From contig MU055549.1 of the NCBI GenBank assembly GCA_013239625.1, positions 6,885,693 through 6,949,692 of the forward strand: 64,000 nt of DNA. The letters run 5' to 3'. This DNA is from Lama guanicoe. Taxonomy: Eukaryota. The number at the start of each line of letters is the position of its first letter. Position 1 is the stretch's first letter. Shown here piece after piece: positions 48,996 to 61,939 of the stretch. The notes under the pieces were generated by a model. That model ran no database searches and was not told where the DNA came from. It saw nothing but the letters and a program-made list of their open reading frames with translations. A program made the position numbers and the translations under genes.

Positions 48996-50799
48996 CAAGG
49001 GCCTCCTTCCCTCTGACCATCCATGAGCTGTGTCATCACTAGGCATCTGGCTTCCTGGGAGCCCGAGCTGTCCTAGAAATCTAGGCGTGGGGGCCAGTCT
49101 ATCCCCACAGTCAAGGGGTGATGGGCAGAAAGGCAAGTGTCTGAGCCTCAGGGGCTGGGAGCCCTGGCCTGGCCTCACCATCCCGTTCCTCCCTAGAGCC
49201 CAGGCCCCAGCATGTGGGGCACATGCACTCTGGGTCTCCACCTCCTTGGGGAGGCCCTGCCGCCGGGTCCCCAAGCGCTGGAGCTCTCAGTCTGGGTGAT
49301 GGTCCCAGGCCACAGAGATCTTCCTTCTGGAGAACCACTTCCCAGAATGAATGCCATCTCCCCAAAACCTAGACTACTAGAGGCACGAAAATGCCAAGAG
49401 CCAGGTTGGGCCAGCCCTGTCTGTAAGCAGTGTAACTGAACCCTAAGAGGCGAGTCCCCTAGCCGGTGCCACCCAGCTCTGCAGCACTGGGCCCCTGCGG
49501 GCTTGGCAGTCCCCAGCGCCTGAGCGAGCATCCTTGCAGAACCGCAGGTGCTGGTGTCGGAAGCAGCAGCATGGGAGAGCTGGGGGCTGCACAGAAACAG
49601 CCGCGAGGGGTCTGAGGGGTCCATCACCTGTGGTTCCCACCACCAAGATTCAATCCAGTCTCCCTAACAGGGCCCAGGCAGCTGACCCAGAGCCTGCCAG
49701 CCACCGCCACTTCTCCCCTCCCCATAGGCCCCCCGCTCTGGGGTTCATCTTGTCACGTTCCCCAAACTATCCGTGCCAGTGCCTAGAACAGCCTCGCACA
49801 CCTACTCCCTCTGCGAGGCCTGACTCAGAAAGCACCCCCCTCCCAGTGGTCTCCAGGACCCATCCTACCCCCTGAATAAAGGAATGAATGAGTGAACACC
49901 TGTGAGACCTCAGGGACACAGGTCCCGGGAACCCAGTCGGGACCTTCTGGAATGGGGGCCCAACAGTGTCATGGAGAGAGCACCCCAGAGCAGGTGGCTC
50001 TGTCTGCGGAGCAGATGCAGCTCCCTACAAGGCAGGGAACCCCCAGGGCACCCCAAGCCAGGCCTGAGCTGTCAGCCACCACGCACCCCTGTGACTCCCA
50101 GAGGTTGTGGAACAGCCAGGGCAGTTTCTCTTGTCTTCCCCCTTTCTTGTTCCCAGGAAGCATTTCAGGCCAGACCCTAGAGGTCCCTAATTACAATCAC
50201 ACCGGGGCCAGGGCATGGGAAGGGGAGCAGGGGTGGGCCCTTTCCTGCCCACTGGGCCTGCCAGAAGGTGCCTGACCTGGGGTTTGGCCTGTGCGGGCCC
50301 TGACCGGTGTGACCTCGGACAACACTTGGAGCCTCGATTCTCTCATCTGTCAGTGGGGCAGCGAAGCCCCCTCCCCGGGCTGCAGCGAGGGGCAGTGAGA
50401 CGATGCCCTGTTGTGCCCACAGCAGACGCGCCGTCTGGGTGGGCAGATGGATGGCAGGCGCTGGACCGGGCTGGGTGAGGAGCCCTCGGGGCTGCTCTGG
50501 CCAGAGGAGAGGGGCAAGGCCTCTCTCTCCAGGGAAGCTCGCCTGGGGATCGGTGTCTAGAGGGCAGGCAGATAAGGTGGACCCTGAGGACCCTGTATCT
50601 CCGGGAGGCTTTGCTCAGGCGCTGCGTTCCTGCTCGGCAGGGGAGGGCAAGCCTGGTATCCTGAGCTGCACAGACGCTGTGTGGCTGTGCCGGGGACTCT
50701 GGACTCCTCTGAGAGGGAAGGGGCAGCCCCTGGGGGACACTGACCCAGCCTGTGCCCCGAAGCCCGCCCCTGGGGCCCACTTCTTCAAGCTGACGGGAT

Positions 50800-51000
50800 G
50801 CTTTATTCATAATATTATTCATAATGGTGACAGTCACTGAGCGCCCTCTCCGTCGGGGACCTGGTGAGGGAACGTACATGCTGTAGCTGCTTTGGTTTGC
50901 ACAGCAGCCCAGCTGGTAGGTGCTACTGCCCCCACCTCACAGCTGACAAAGTGGAGGCTCAGAGAGGGCGAGTGGCCTGCTCAGGGTCACAGAGCAGTGC
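50800..51000 (-). mobile_element. MIR SINE
   Basis: ataatggtgacagtcactgagcgc...cacagctgacaaagtggaggctcagagag...tggcctgctcagggtcacagag. Confidence 0.7.
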
Positions 51001-51664
51001 TGGGAAGCCCGTTTGTTTTCCCAACCTGCCAGAAGCACCTACAGCATGGTCCAAACCCCACCAGGAGCCAGGGGGCGGGGGCGAGCAGGCGGCAGGCGGC
51101 AGGCAGGGGTCCACCTCAAAGGCTCGCTCAGGCAGAGGGAGGGCCTGCTGGGGACTGGGCATCTGACCTCGCGGCAGAGGAGCCCCTGACAGCTGTTCAG
51201 AATATTTTGATAGAAACATGCTGAACACCTGGTGTGTGTTCGGATTAAAACAAGCTGGCCCAGCCCCTTTCAGTGCGCTCTCCAACAGCCAAATCCCCCG
51301 AGAAGTCCACCTGCACCCCCACCCACAGGGACACAGGGCGGGGCACTCATTCCCCGGCCCCCCCAGAAATGCCACCCATCCCCCTCCTTTGGAGGCTAGA
51401 TCAGGTCAGGGAGACCCTGTGGCTAGTGCAGCCCGCCCCGGGCCTGCACACCCAAGCTCGGGTTCTCACAAGGCGGCCCGGGAGAGAGGGAGGGCACGGG
51501 GAGGTGGTGCCCCCCAGATCCTGAGGGCGGAGGGTGGGACCATCCCCCTCATTGGAGTCCTGGTGTTGTCTCCACCAGGCGCAGACCCGGGTGGCTGGGC
51601 CAGGGGGTCTTGTGGGTGACGAGGGTTCCTACAGGCAGGGCACCATGCTGTCCTGGAAAGTGGC

Positions 51665-51770
51665 ACCCCATCCCCCCTTGAGAGGTGAAGAAACCGAGGC
51701 TCGGGGCCGGTGAGGAACTTGCCCAGAGCTCGTGATAGAGCAGGGCTCACACCCAGAACCTCCATCCTGT
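51665..51770 (-). mobile_element. MIR SINE
   Basis: aggtgaagaaaccgaggctc...aacttgcccagag. Confidence 0.6.
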
Positions 51771-52084
51771 GTGTTAGCTCGGGCGGGGCTTGAGGACCAA
51801 CGTGTGGAGCTCTCCTTCCGTGGACCATGCAGCCTGAGCTGAGAAGTGCAGTCTCGTCAGCTCCATGGCCTCCTGGGGGGCCTACGTGCGACTTCTGGTC
51901 TACCAGCCTTTACCTACTTGCTGTGCGTGTTCCACTTAAAAGGGTCAATACTGGCACTTCACAAACCAGGAGGTCCAGCAGCCACAGGGAGCTCAGAAAG
52001 GTGCTCGGCGTCACGAGTAATCAGGGACAAGCAAGCCCAGAGCAGTACAGCCCACACGCTTACCGGGACAGCCCCCAGTGCCGG

Positions 52085-52425
52085 CAGGACATGAGCAAAA
52101 GGAGCTCTCACCGCAGCGGGAGAGTGTGGAAGGGCACAGCGCGCTGGAAAAACAGTTGGCACGTATCTCCTAATGCTAAACACATGCATTCACGCGACCC
52201 AGCGATTCCATCCTGGGTGTGCGCCTGACAGAAATGAGGCCATGTCTACCGAGAGACGTGGACAGGAACATTCCATCAGCTCTGTTCATGGTGACTCCAA
52301 ATGGGAAACAACCCAAGCATCCACCAACAGCAGAGTGAACAAATAAACTGTCCAGTCATACAACGAAACAACACACACCAGTGAAAAAGAACAACCTTCT
52401 GCTACAGAGAACTACATGGATGAAA
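52085..52425 (+). mobile_element. L1ME-type fragment
   Basis: ctggaaaaacagttggca...gacccagcgattcca...ggaaacaacccaagcatccaccaacagcagagtgaacaaataaact...acatggatgaa. Confidence 0.75.
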
Positions 52426-54119
52426 TAGAGTTGGTCCTTTTCAAAAGTCCCAGGTAGCCTGGAAAGGCACACAATGATGTTTATACTAGGATAGTGACAG
52501 AGGCCTAGGAGTTTGAGCCAACAAAATTACCTTTGAGTTCCCTGGCAGTCAAAGCAAAGAGGGAAACTCTGTAGATTACACAGAAGCAGATGACTGCTCA
52601 TGAGGGACAATCTTCCCAGCAGCACAGGCCGTAAGGGTCTGGTACCTGCCTGTGTGAGGGCACGCGTGGACTTACGCATGGCGAGGATCCAGCAGAGGGT
52701 CTGCAGAGGCTCAGAAGTCACTCTTCCCTTACAAGCAAATCTCTGGCCACCTCACTCCAAGGTGGCTCTCATATGGCTCCAAGACTGGCTCAGCCCACTC
52801 ACCTGACTTCCTAACATGTGACATAGCGGGTCTCCGGGTTGTTCTGCCAAAGTTCAGAACCAGCTAGTCCCAAACTTGCTGCCGAGTTCCCACCTGGCCA
52901 CCCCTTGTTCAGAGAAGTCCCTTCTCTTTGGACTTCGGAGTCTCCACTCATAAAACCAGAGGCTTCAGCAGACCTTCCTGGCTCTCCCACTCCTTTCTCC
53001 CATCTGGGCATGGAAGGGGCTGACAGGAGACAGACGGTACAGGGCAGGCGGGCCTAGGCGGGCTGGTGCAGCGAAGGCAAGCTGGGGGAGGTCCCAGAGC
53101 CAAGGGAGTTTTGGAGCGTGTGTTTAATGAGCCCCACGCAGGATTTTATTGTTCAGTTCCAATCTGCACGTGACAGGTCTCAGAGGATGCCTGCGTGGAG
53201 GAAAGGGGCTGAGCCAATCCACCTGCAGGGCAGGGGGACTTGTGTGCTGGAGAAGTCCCCCCAGAGGTCAATGCGACGGCAAAGGGGGACCCTCACCCTC
53301 ACACAGAGAGGGCTCATTCCGTCATGAAGATGCAGCCAGCCCCATTACATGAGACAGCAAATGAAACATTTGCTGTTGGGCACCAGGCACTAATGTGCTG
53401 CATTCTGAGGGTTCCAAGTTAATAGCCTGTTACTTACTAACCAGAATTAGGGGCCTCCAGTGCTAATGGGGTAGAAGGACCCGCATCCAGCTCCCTCACA
53501 GCAGCTCCTGATGTCATTGCCCTCCCAGAGTCGGCATCCCTGGTCCCATCTGCACTGAGCTCGGAATATAGGCTCCTCACGCACAAAGGGAGGTAGGGAG
53601 ACCCTCCTGGCCCCTCGGAGGCTGGGGGTGGGGTGGCACAGTGGGGAGGACCTGGAGGGAGCACTTCACAAACAGGCCCTGGGCTGATGCAGCCGGGGTC
53701 CACATCCCACCGGAGCAGGTGACTTCCTGTTCTCCATGTGCTGACCGAGCAGGACAGTGAGCACTAAGCACCCAGCTGAGCAGGGGGTTCACAGTCAGCG
53801 CGGTCGGGCTGACCAGTGGTAGTCAGCATGAGCGCTCGGGTGACGAGGCAGCGGTGCTAACTGCCATCACAGACGAGAGGCCAGGGGGGACAAAAACGAT
53901 CTGATCGTCCCAAGTGAGCACCGAGAAGTGCTTCCAAGGGGCTGCTCACTGAAACAGATGCACCTGTTCATGAGGACTGTCCCCCGCAGGGTGAGGCTCT
54001 TTGGTGGCACCCTTGCCTCCGGGACAGCCTCCCTGTCCCCCTGCACGTGACTCTGCAGCAGCTTTGAGGCCTGTCTGTCACCGTGCACCCTGCCCTGGGC
54101 GCAGACACACTCTCCTTGC

Positions 54120-54460
54120 TGTCCTCCACCCGGGGGATGCAAGCTGACAACACTCCATTGGCGGGTAATTTGGCTGTAGATGTTAAGATCCATAAAAAGA
54201 ATAAAACAAGTTCTTCAACCCCATTCCTGGAAATCTTTCCTAAAAACTTAATTCTAAAGAGACCTCAGAGTCTGACATGTGGAAGGTTTTCAGTAAAAGT
54301 TTGCTGAATTGAAGGACAAAAGCTAATAGGTCCAATAGAGATATTCACGACAGCACTATTTACAGCAGAAAAGGAATGAGTCCAGGCCAGTCCAACCACA
54401 GGGGAGTGAGCAAGCCTAGTATGGCTTATCTGCTCCATAAAATATGATGCGGCTGTGAGC
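54120..54460 (+). mobile_element. Degraded L1ME-type fragment
   Basis: gtaatttggc...ttcctggaaatctttcctaa...gatattcacgacagcactatttacagcag...aaaatatgatgcggctgt. Confidence 0.55.
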
Positions 54461-55254
54461 AACGGTCAGGGGAAGGGGGACATGGAAGGCGAGAGTTGTA
54501 CACACACATGACCATGGCTACCAAAGGGAGCTGGCAGGAACCCAGAGGAGATAAACAGCGGTCTGAGTGTGGTGGGACAATGGGTAGGACCGACCTCTAA
54601 GTTCCCCTGGAGGCTGCAGTGATGCTGTCTTAATGTACATCATAATAAAAGCCAACCTCCTGGTCTTATCTTGGCACCACTTCACCCAAGATACTTCCAA
54701 GGGGGCTGGAAAGTCAAGGTCATGCTCCAGCCCGGCCAGACACTAGAGGCACAGCGGCTCCTCCTAGATCCAGCAGTTCGCCAGCCATGGGAGGGGCAGT
54801 CCAGGCCAGCCCTGACCTTGGGGCCAAAAACCCAGCCAGGCATGGCCAATGCCACCTGCTCTGTAGCGCATACCTATTCATTACAGAACACCCCCAGGTG
54901 AGCCAAGCTGACCCTGGGGCCAGCGGTTCCTGCAACACCACACAAGTGCCACCTGGAGACCACCCAGGGCTGGCCCTTGCCCCGGACCCTCTGCCCAACT
55001 ATCGTACTGTCAGGCCTGATCCCACTGCCCTTGGGATAGAGAGCCCTGGGGATCCATGGTAGCACCTCATCAAGGTCCACCTGGAGAGTGTCACATCTCA
55101 CCCTCCAGACAGGAGTGAGAGGTTTGCTTCAGGCCACATGGTCAGCATGTGGTGGGGCTGGGACTCAAGATTCTGTTCTGAGTCCAGTGCTGGCACCTTC
55201 CTTGTAGCCACTGAATAAAGCAAGACCCAAACAAGGTACACAAGCCCCCAACCC

Positions 55255-55385
55255 AGGAGCTGCAGGGAGTGCAGGGTACAACCCCCTCATTTCTTAGGTG
55301 CGGAAACTGAGGCTCAGGGAGGGGCAGACGCAGGCCCAAGGCAGCCCAGTGAGGCTGCACTGAGATGGGACGAGTCTGTCCCTCT
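55255..55385 (-). mobile_element. MIR SINE
   Basis: ccctcatttcttaggtgcggaaactgaggctcagggagg...gcccaaggc. Confidence 0.7.
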
Positions 55386-56792
55386 AGAGAGCTAAGCCGG
55401 CCATCCCCCGGCAGAGTCCGGAGCAGAAGGGGCTCCCGGGCTCCCTTCTTGCCAGGACTCTCCCTCACTTGCACTTACAACATGGGGGCCAGGCACTGGG
55501 GAGTGGGTGTAGATGGGGAAACTGAGGCACAGTCCATAGGGCCTGAAGAGAAACAGCAGTTCTCCCCCGTATTTACTTAGCACCTTCTACCTGGTCGGGT
55601 TCCCCGAAAAGCTGACAGTCGCCACCTCATTCATCACAGTCCAGACGGCACCTCGTAAATGGTCAAAGCTGCCCAATGAGGGAGCCATTCATTCCGGCCC
55701 TCGGGGACGCCAGCCTGCCGGGGCGGCGTGCCCCACACTGGGCCGATTGTGCATGCAGGGACCCCATCCAAGCTGCCCTGGCTCCTGGCGGGCCGCCGCT
55801 CCCTGGACGATTCCTAGACGGAACCTTGTTTCCTTCAGTTTCATCTCCAGCCCAGGAAGACAAGCTGCTCCTCCGGAACATTAACTCAACACTGCTCCGA
55901 TTTTCCTCAGACCCTGGTCCTGCCCTGTGATGTACTGAGAAGCCACAGACTGGTCCCAAACCAGCTGGCCCTTTGGCCTCCAGAAAGCCCTGGAAGCAGC
56001 CCCCATCTGGCCCTACGGCTGCGGGGAGGGGGATGGTGGCATCCCGTAGGCGCGTTTGCTCAGTGATCCTCAGAGGGGTCACTGTCTTCTTTAGATGGAG
56101 AGACAGGACCGGAAGGAGTAACCGACCATGGGCCATGGTTTAGGCTCAGAATTCTGGGGCCAGGACATTCCCCAACTTGGGGACGCTCCCGTGACTCATC
56201 TTCCCCCAACCCTCTCAGCCTGTTTCTCTCCAGTGACCTCTGGGACCTGAGCCCTAGGCTCAGTGTATTTTCAGGGCTCAGGTACATGGGGCTGCAGGAG
56301 GGTAACCCGCCTCCTCTGGGTACTGAGTGGGTTGAAGATCTTATGGGAAGTAGGGCCCCAGATGCTACCTGCAATGCTAGTTCTTCCTGGGCACCAGATG
56401 CTGGGCAAGGGCCTGGCACCCTAGGATTGCCATCCCTCACTGATCCTTCTGCCCAGGCGTGTGCCAGAACTATACTGTTCCAGTGACTGAGGCTTTGTAC
56501 TATGCTTAACATCCAATAGGGCCCCTCTCCCTCATCACCCCTCCCCCAAGTCTTCCAGCTATTTACTTATTTTTCTATACAAACTGAAGAATTAACTTGT
56601 CCAGAGTGTGTTACAAGGTGGGCGAAGGAGGGAGCAGAGCAGAGCAGATGGCCCTGCTAGTATCTTAAAATTGTCCCTAATCAAGGTTCGTCAGCGGGGA
56701 AAGCCTAATTTCCTCCTCAGAACCCCAGGGAGTAGACTGGGAAGTGCTGTCAGTTCCATTTTCAGAGGCCCAAGATCAGACAGGGGATGAGA

Positions 56793-57215
56793 ATGCTGGT
56801 TCTCAAATCCAGCTGCTTATCAGAATCACCTGGGGGGCTTAGAACAATGACTCAGTGTGGTATCAAAGCTGCAGGGTGCGGCTAAAGCGGGACCCAGAGG
56901 GAAACTTACAGCACTAAAATGCTTACATAGGAGAAAAGATCTCAAATCCATCATTTTAANNNNNNNNNNNNNNNNNNNNNNNNNNNNNNNNNNNNNNNNN
57001 NNNNNNNNNNNNNNNNNNNNNNNNNNNNNNNNNNNNNNNNNNNNNNNNNNNNNNNNNNNNNNNNNNNNNNNNNNNNNNNNNNNNNNNNNNNNNNNNNNNN
57101 NNNNNNNNNNNNNNNNNNNNNNNNNNNNNNTGCCTGAACCCCACCCCCAGAGATGTCACTTAGCTGGTCTGGGTCTGGCCTAGGGGCTGGCTGGTCTAAT
57201 CTGCCCTGGTGACTC
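56793..57215. mobile_element. MER5-like element split by an L1 ORF2 fragment (56855-56959) that runs into the assembly gap
   Basis: tggttctcaaa...atcagaatcacctgggg before the gap and tgcctgaaccccacccccagagat...ggtctggg...ggtgactc after it; gctaaagc...agagggaaacttacagcactaaaatgcttaca is L1 ORF2-like. Confidence 0.65.
56960..57130. other. Assembly gap (171 N)
   Basis: Run of n characters. Confidence 1.
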
Positions 57216-58820
57216 AGTTTCCACCCCTGTAAAATGAAGGTGGCAGCACAATGCCAGCCACTGGCTGTGTGGTATTGGGCAAGTCTCTTTCCCTCTCTGA
57301 GCCTCAGTTTCTATGTCAGACTTTTTCCTAGACCTGGCATTCTCCACCTGTGCTCCTTGAAGCCCCGGCTTCCCGGAGTGCAAGTCAGGCTGCCAGTCCT
57401 CCAGATGGGATGGACTCCACCCTGTCCCCCAGGCCCTGGGTCTATGAATGAATCCCCCCTACTCTGCTCCACCACCAGGAGCCCCCATGCAGTGCTATGG
57501 TGGCCTACATGGCCCATGTCACCTGTGGTAACCAAATTCACCTCTTTACACAATTCTGCATGGACCTTTCCAGCATGGTCTTTCCTCCCAGTAAGCCCTG
57601 GCCCCAACTGGACACTCAAGACATACTTTCACACCAGGATGCCAACAGGATGCTCACTGACAGGAAGGTGCAGGGAGCTGTCCCTCTTGCCCCACCTCCC
57701 CTTTAATTAAAGCTCAGAACCTGAAACAGCAGTGAACACAACACCCACCTGGCCCTCCCTTTGGCCCGTATTTTCCCTTGGGAGGCTGTGAGTTCCCCAC
57801 ACAGAGCCACGGAGACAGGAATGTTCATGCTCAGGTCAGGTGCAAGCTTCACAAAGAACAGTGATCTTGGGTCTCAGGACAGTTGAGACCTTTTCTATCT
57901 GGGGGAGGGATCCCGTTTTCTGCAAAGAGGTGGGGGACGGTGTTTGCTAAGAACTCCAGTGCCTTCTTGGACATTACAGGGCACAGCCAATGCCGCAAGA
58001 ACGTTCTGCCCCTCAATTTGTGCAGGATTATGATCTGGCTTCTGTTCTATGGTCCAGGAAGTAGGCTCAGAAAGGGGCTGTGAACCCCTTGGTCCCCAAC
58101 CAGATAAATGACAATACTGGGCCTTGGACCTACTCTATCTCCTGGTCCAGGGCGTTCCCCTTTCCAGCTGAGTCACTGGGTGCATCCCTTGGGACAGGCC
58201 CCCGCATGCAGATGTGGGGGAGACCTGGGCAGATGAAATGGATGCTACCCTGCCCTAGCCTGGGGCAAAGTTCCAGTACCAGCACAGTGGCAAGGTGGGG
58301 GGGGTCCCCTAACCCGTCACAGATTGGCTGTCTCAGGTAAGGCCTGGAGATGCTCACCATCGTCAAGGCCCTCATCACACCTTGACTCAGAATTCTGGGC
58401 CAGGAAAAGTTCTCTTGGCTCTGATGGTGCATTCAGAGCATGAGAAAGTCCTCCTGGCTGTGTGCATCCTTCATACCTCACCACCAGGAAAGGCAAGGCC
58501 AAGTCCAGAGCCTGCACGGCGCCGCCCCTCCCACCATGGGGAAGGAAGGAGGCATATAAATATATAGGTGGATTATTAATTAGGCCAGAGCTTTTTAAAC
58601 AGCACAGGCATAAAGAGGAATGCCAACAGGGACATCCAGCTGCAGCACACCCCTCGTGGAAGGTTCCAGCACTTCTCTGTGGCCACCCATGGGCACCTCC
58701 ATTCCCTGGCAGCTGGGCTCTTTCCTTTGCAGGAACCACAGCCAGGGCTTGTTCTGCACCCCCATCCCCGAAATGCTCATGCTCTGTACTCTCCCAGTTC
58801 CATTCCATGTGCATTTGGAA

Positions 58821-58858
58821 GGAGAGACAGAGAGACAGAGAGACAGAGACAGAGAGAG
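58821..58858. repeat. (GAGACA/GA)n simple repeat
   Basis: ggagagacagagagacagagagacagagacagagagag. Confidence 0.85.
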
Positions 58859-61746
58859 AATATTATGTGTATCAACAAGTGAGCGGTTCACACTATTCTT
58901 TGGAAAGAATGATGGCTTAAAAACCTGCAAAGCTAGTCAATTGCACATCTATTTTTCTAAGAGGAGGTGGGGTGGGGATGGAGAGAACTTTCCTGAAAGG
59001 ACTTGGCCTTGAAACATTAAGTCAAACAACTGGATTTGGCAGTGGCCAGCTTCCGAACACCGCCAGCCTGGAGAAACTGGCGGTCCAGGACGCCGCAGCA
59101 GGGTTGGAATAATGAACTCATTCAAAGCCGAGCCCAGGGGTTGGAGAGTCAGTGCATGCAGGGGGCCTGCAGATCAGAGGGGCTGTGGCACCAGGGACCC
59201 CTGGGGTCTGAACCAAGAGTTTGACCTCAGCTCTGCCAAAGCTGCCCAGTGGGGAACCCCATAGATCTGTCCCCACAGATGCAGGAGAGCTGATGGGTCT
59301 GTCGGGATGGGCAGGAAAAGGCATCGTTCTGTGGTATTAACACAGGAAAGAAGCGTCAGTGGATGAAAATTACAGGGGCTGATCCCTAACAGGTAATTAA
59401 AGTTTGAGGGGCGAGCCCTCCAGCCCCGTGGCCTTCCCTGGAGGGGGCGCTCATGTGCGTTAGGGGCCCAGCTCCTCCTGCTCATCTGACTCTGGGCAAA
59501 GGAGTCAGTGCTGAGCTGATGCAGCCACTGCCCACACCTTCTCTTGTTCGCATGTAATCCTGGGCCCACAGGATTGCGACTCTGTAGCTGAGCCACGTCA
59601 CCATTTTGAAGTTGAATTTTAATTTTTGCTGATGGGACCTTGTCTTCGGAGGTGGCTTAGGAGCCAGAATAGTGGGCCCAGCTTGATCCAGCAGTTGGCA
59701 GCTTTTGGAACAGATTAAAAATTAAGACCTGCGATGCGTGCTCACACAACCTACCACCAGCCCACCATCCGTCTGCCTGCTTGGAGCAGCCCAGGTTCAC
59801 ACCAGACAGACAGTCCTGCACACACTGTCCTGGAGGCTGGATGGAAACCATGCAGCACAGGAACAAGGATTTGCCAGAGCCTGAATGAGGCTCAGGAGAA
59901 GCCTAGGTCCTTGCAGGCGGTGCCCCGTTTTCCCTCGGACGGTTCAGCGGAGGGGACACCATGAGATCATTTCAGAGTCCCCATTAGCTGTGCTGCTGGG
60001 GGAGCCCTGATTTACACCCAACCTCGCTCATAAATAACCACTTTGCTGGCAACACAGCTGGTCCAGAAAGCGAGGCTCTGGTTCCCCAACCTCTTCTCCT
60101 CCATCCTCGGCTCCCAGAGCACAATGCAACATGGCGGCCGACCCGTGGGTGGAGGGTGCCCCCTGATCCCCCTCCCGGCTGGCCTCGATGTGTCCCCCTC
60201 GGAAGGCAGACTTATCCCCTCTAAGCTTTTGTCACGACAGGTCCCCAGGCACAAGGACCCACCGATACGGATATTTCTGTGCAGACATTTATAAAAACTT
60301 CTTTTTTTTTCCCAATTAAAAAGCATAGCTTGCTGCTCTGCAGGCAATACTTCAGGTCAGCTGGACCCGTGGTCACCTTGGAGGCCAGGCTCTGGCTAAC
60401 ACTTACTAAGCCCCTGGCTCCTCTGGGCTGGGAATGCATGGAGCCCCCGAACCCCAGCACAGGGCCGTCCAGGGGGCCATATTTTCTCAGCCTTTGGTTC
60501 TCCACACACAGAGCGCTTGTGGGTGTGGTTTGTTGTGGGCGGAGGGCGGCAGGACACCCCCTCGAGGCTGGCAGGCAGGGGGTGGCATTGCTGGTGCGAG
60601 GCCTGTGGGTCTGGGACGCCCATCATTGAGAGCCTGGCAGCCCTGTCCCCAGCCTGTATCCACACTCAGCCAGGGCTTCGACTGTGCGAGGTCAATGCCA
60701 GACTCAGAAATGTCTCAGCAAATGTTTCTGGGCTTTTCTTTTCTTCACTCAGGGTGGGTTCTGGCCACTTGAGAATAAACAGCTAGAGCACAGGCCTTGG
60801 AGGCAGAGTCGGGGGACGGTGGTGAGGGCAGAGGAAGCCGGGCCAGTCAGGGTCACCTGCATCAGGTTTGAAGGAGAGGATGGAGAAGAAGGGGCTGAAG
60901 GTGAGAAACAGACATTCAGACAAAATTGAGGAGGAGAAGGTAAAGTTACGGAGGCCAGTGTGAGAGAAAGATGGCTTTGGCCAAAATGACAGGAACATCT
61001 CCCCCTGCCAGGTCATGCTGGGTCAGGGGAGCCTCACTCTTCTGTGGGGGCCCCTCTCCTGCCTCCCAGAGGCCCACGCCCCAGCCTGGGCTCCCATGGC
61101 ACATGGAGTCTTGAGTGTCCAGCACGCAGGAAGGACAAGGGCTGCCTGGGAGCCCTCATAAAGCTGCCAAGGCACTGACAAGGGCAGCTCCAGGACCCTC
61201 CACTCCCAGGTTCTAGGAGAGGCGGCAGGAACGGGCACTCTGCACACTGGCTACAGTGTGGGCTCTGGAAGCAGCTAAGTCCTAGGGGCACTGCTGGCTG
61301 GGACCAGGGTCCAGGGGTCAAGAGGGAAGGTGTGTGGCTGTTCTCCAGATACCTGGCTTCTCTCCCTGGGTGTAACCAGAGTATCGGGATGTGGATGGTG
61401 CCGGGGCAGAGTCCAGCAAATGCTCCTGCTGGGCGGCATCCTTACAGGATTGGGAATTCTTAGATCTTTCCACCTCTTCCTCTTCCCTTCTCTGCAACTC
61501 TCCCAGAACTCCTCTGCCCCCTTCACTGCTGGCTGTGCCGTGCACTGCAGAGATTAGAGGACACAGTCTCCTCTCTGTGTAACCCGCATCCATCCCTCCT
61601 CTCTCCCTGGGCGACGTCAACACAACCATGACCGCGCCCTGGGGAGGAAGTCAGCTGATTCCTACATTGCTGACACCAGTTTCACCCCAGAAGGAGTCGT
61701 GGGACCACATTTTCTTCATGGGAACATACATTAAGTGGGTCGCACA

Positions 61747-61939
61747 CAGCCGCGTGCTGCCCTGGTCTGTTCTGACCGGGCATCTGTCTTCCCAACAGCT
61801 CATTGGGTGACATCACGCTGGTGGCTCAAAATCAGCCATGATGGGAGTATTTATACCATGGAAAGTGGCAAGCACTACCACCAATCAGGGTTCCCCCCGG
61901 GCCAAAGAGCTTGTTGTTACATTTAAAGTACACCACCTG
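61747..61939 (-). mobile_element. MER63A-like hAT-Blackjack element
   Basis: gtgacatcacgctggtggctcaaaatcagccatgatgggagtatttataccatggaaa...aatcaggg...ttgttgttacattt...cacca. Strand relative to consensus uncertain. Confidence 0.7.

Noticed and set aside
52520-53430. Possible degraded LTR (MaLR/ERVL-like) fragments
   Set aside because: Only vague resemblance (aaatgaaacatttgctgttg); no family or boundaries can be supported without a search.
56857-57183. ORFs containing X runs
   Set aside because: Artefacts of translating through the N gap.
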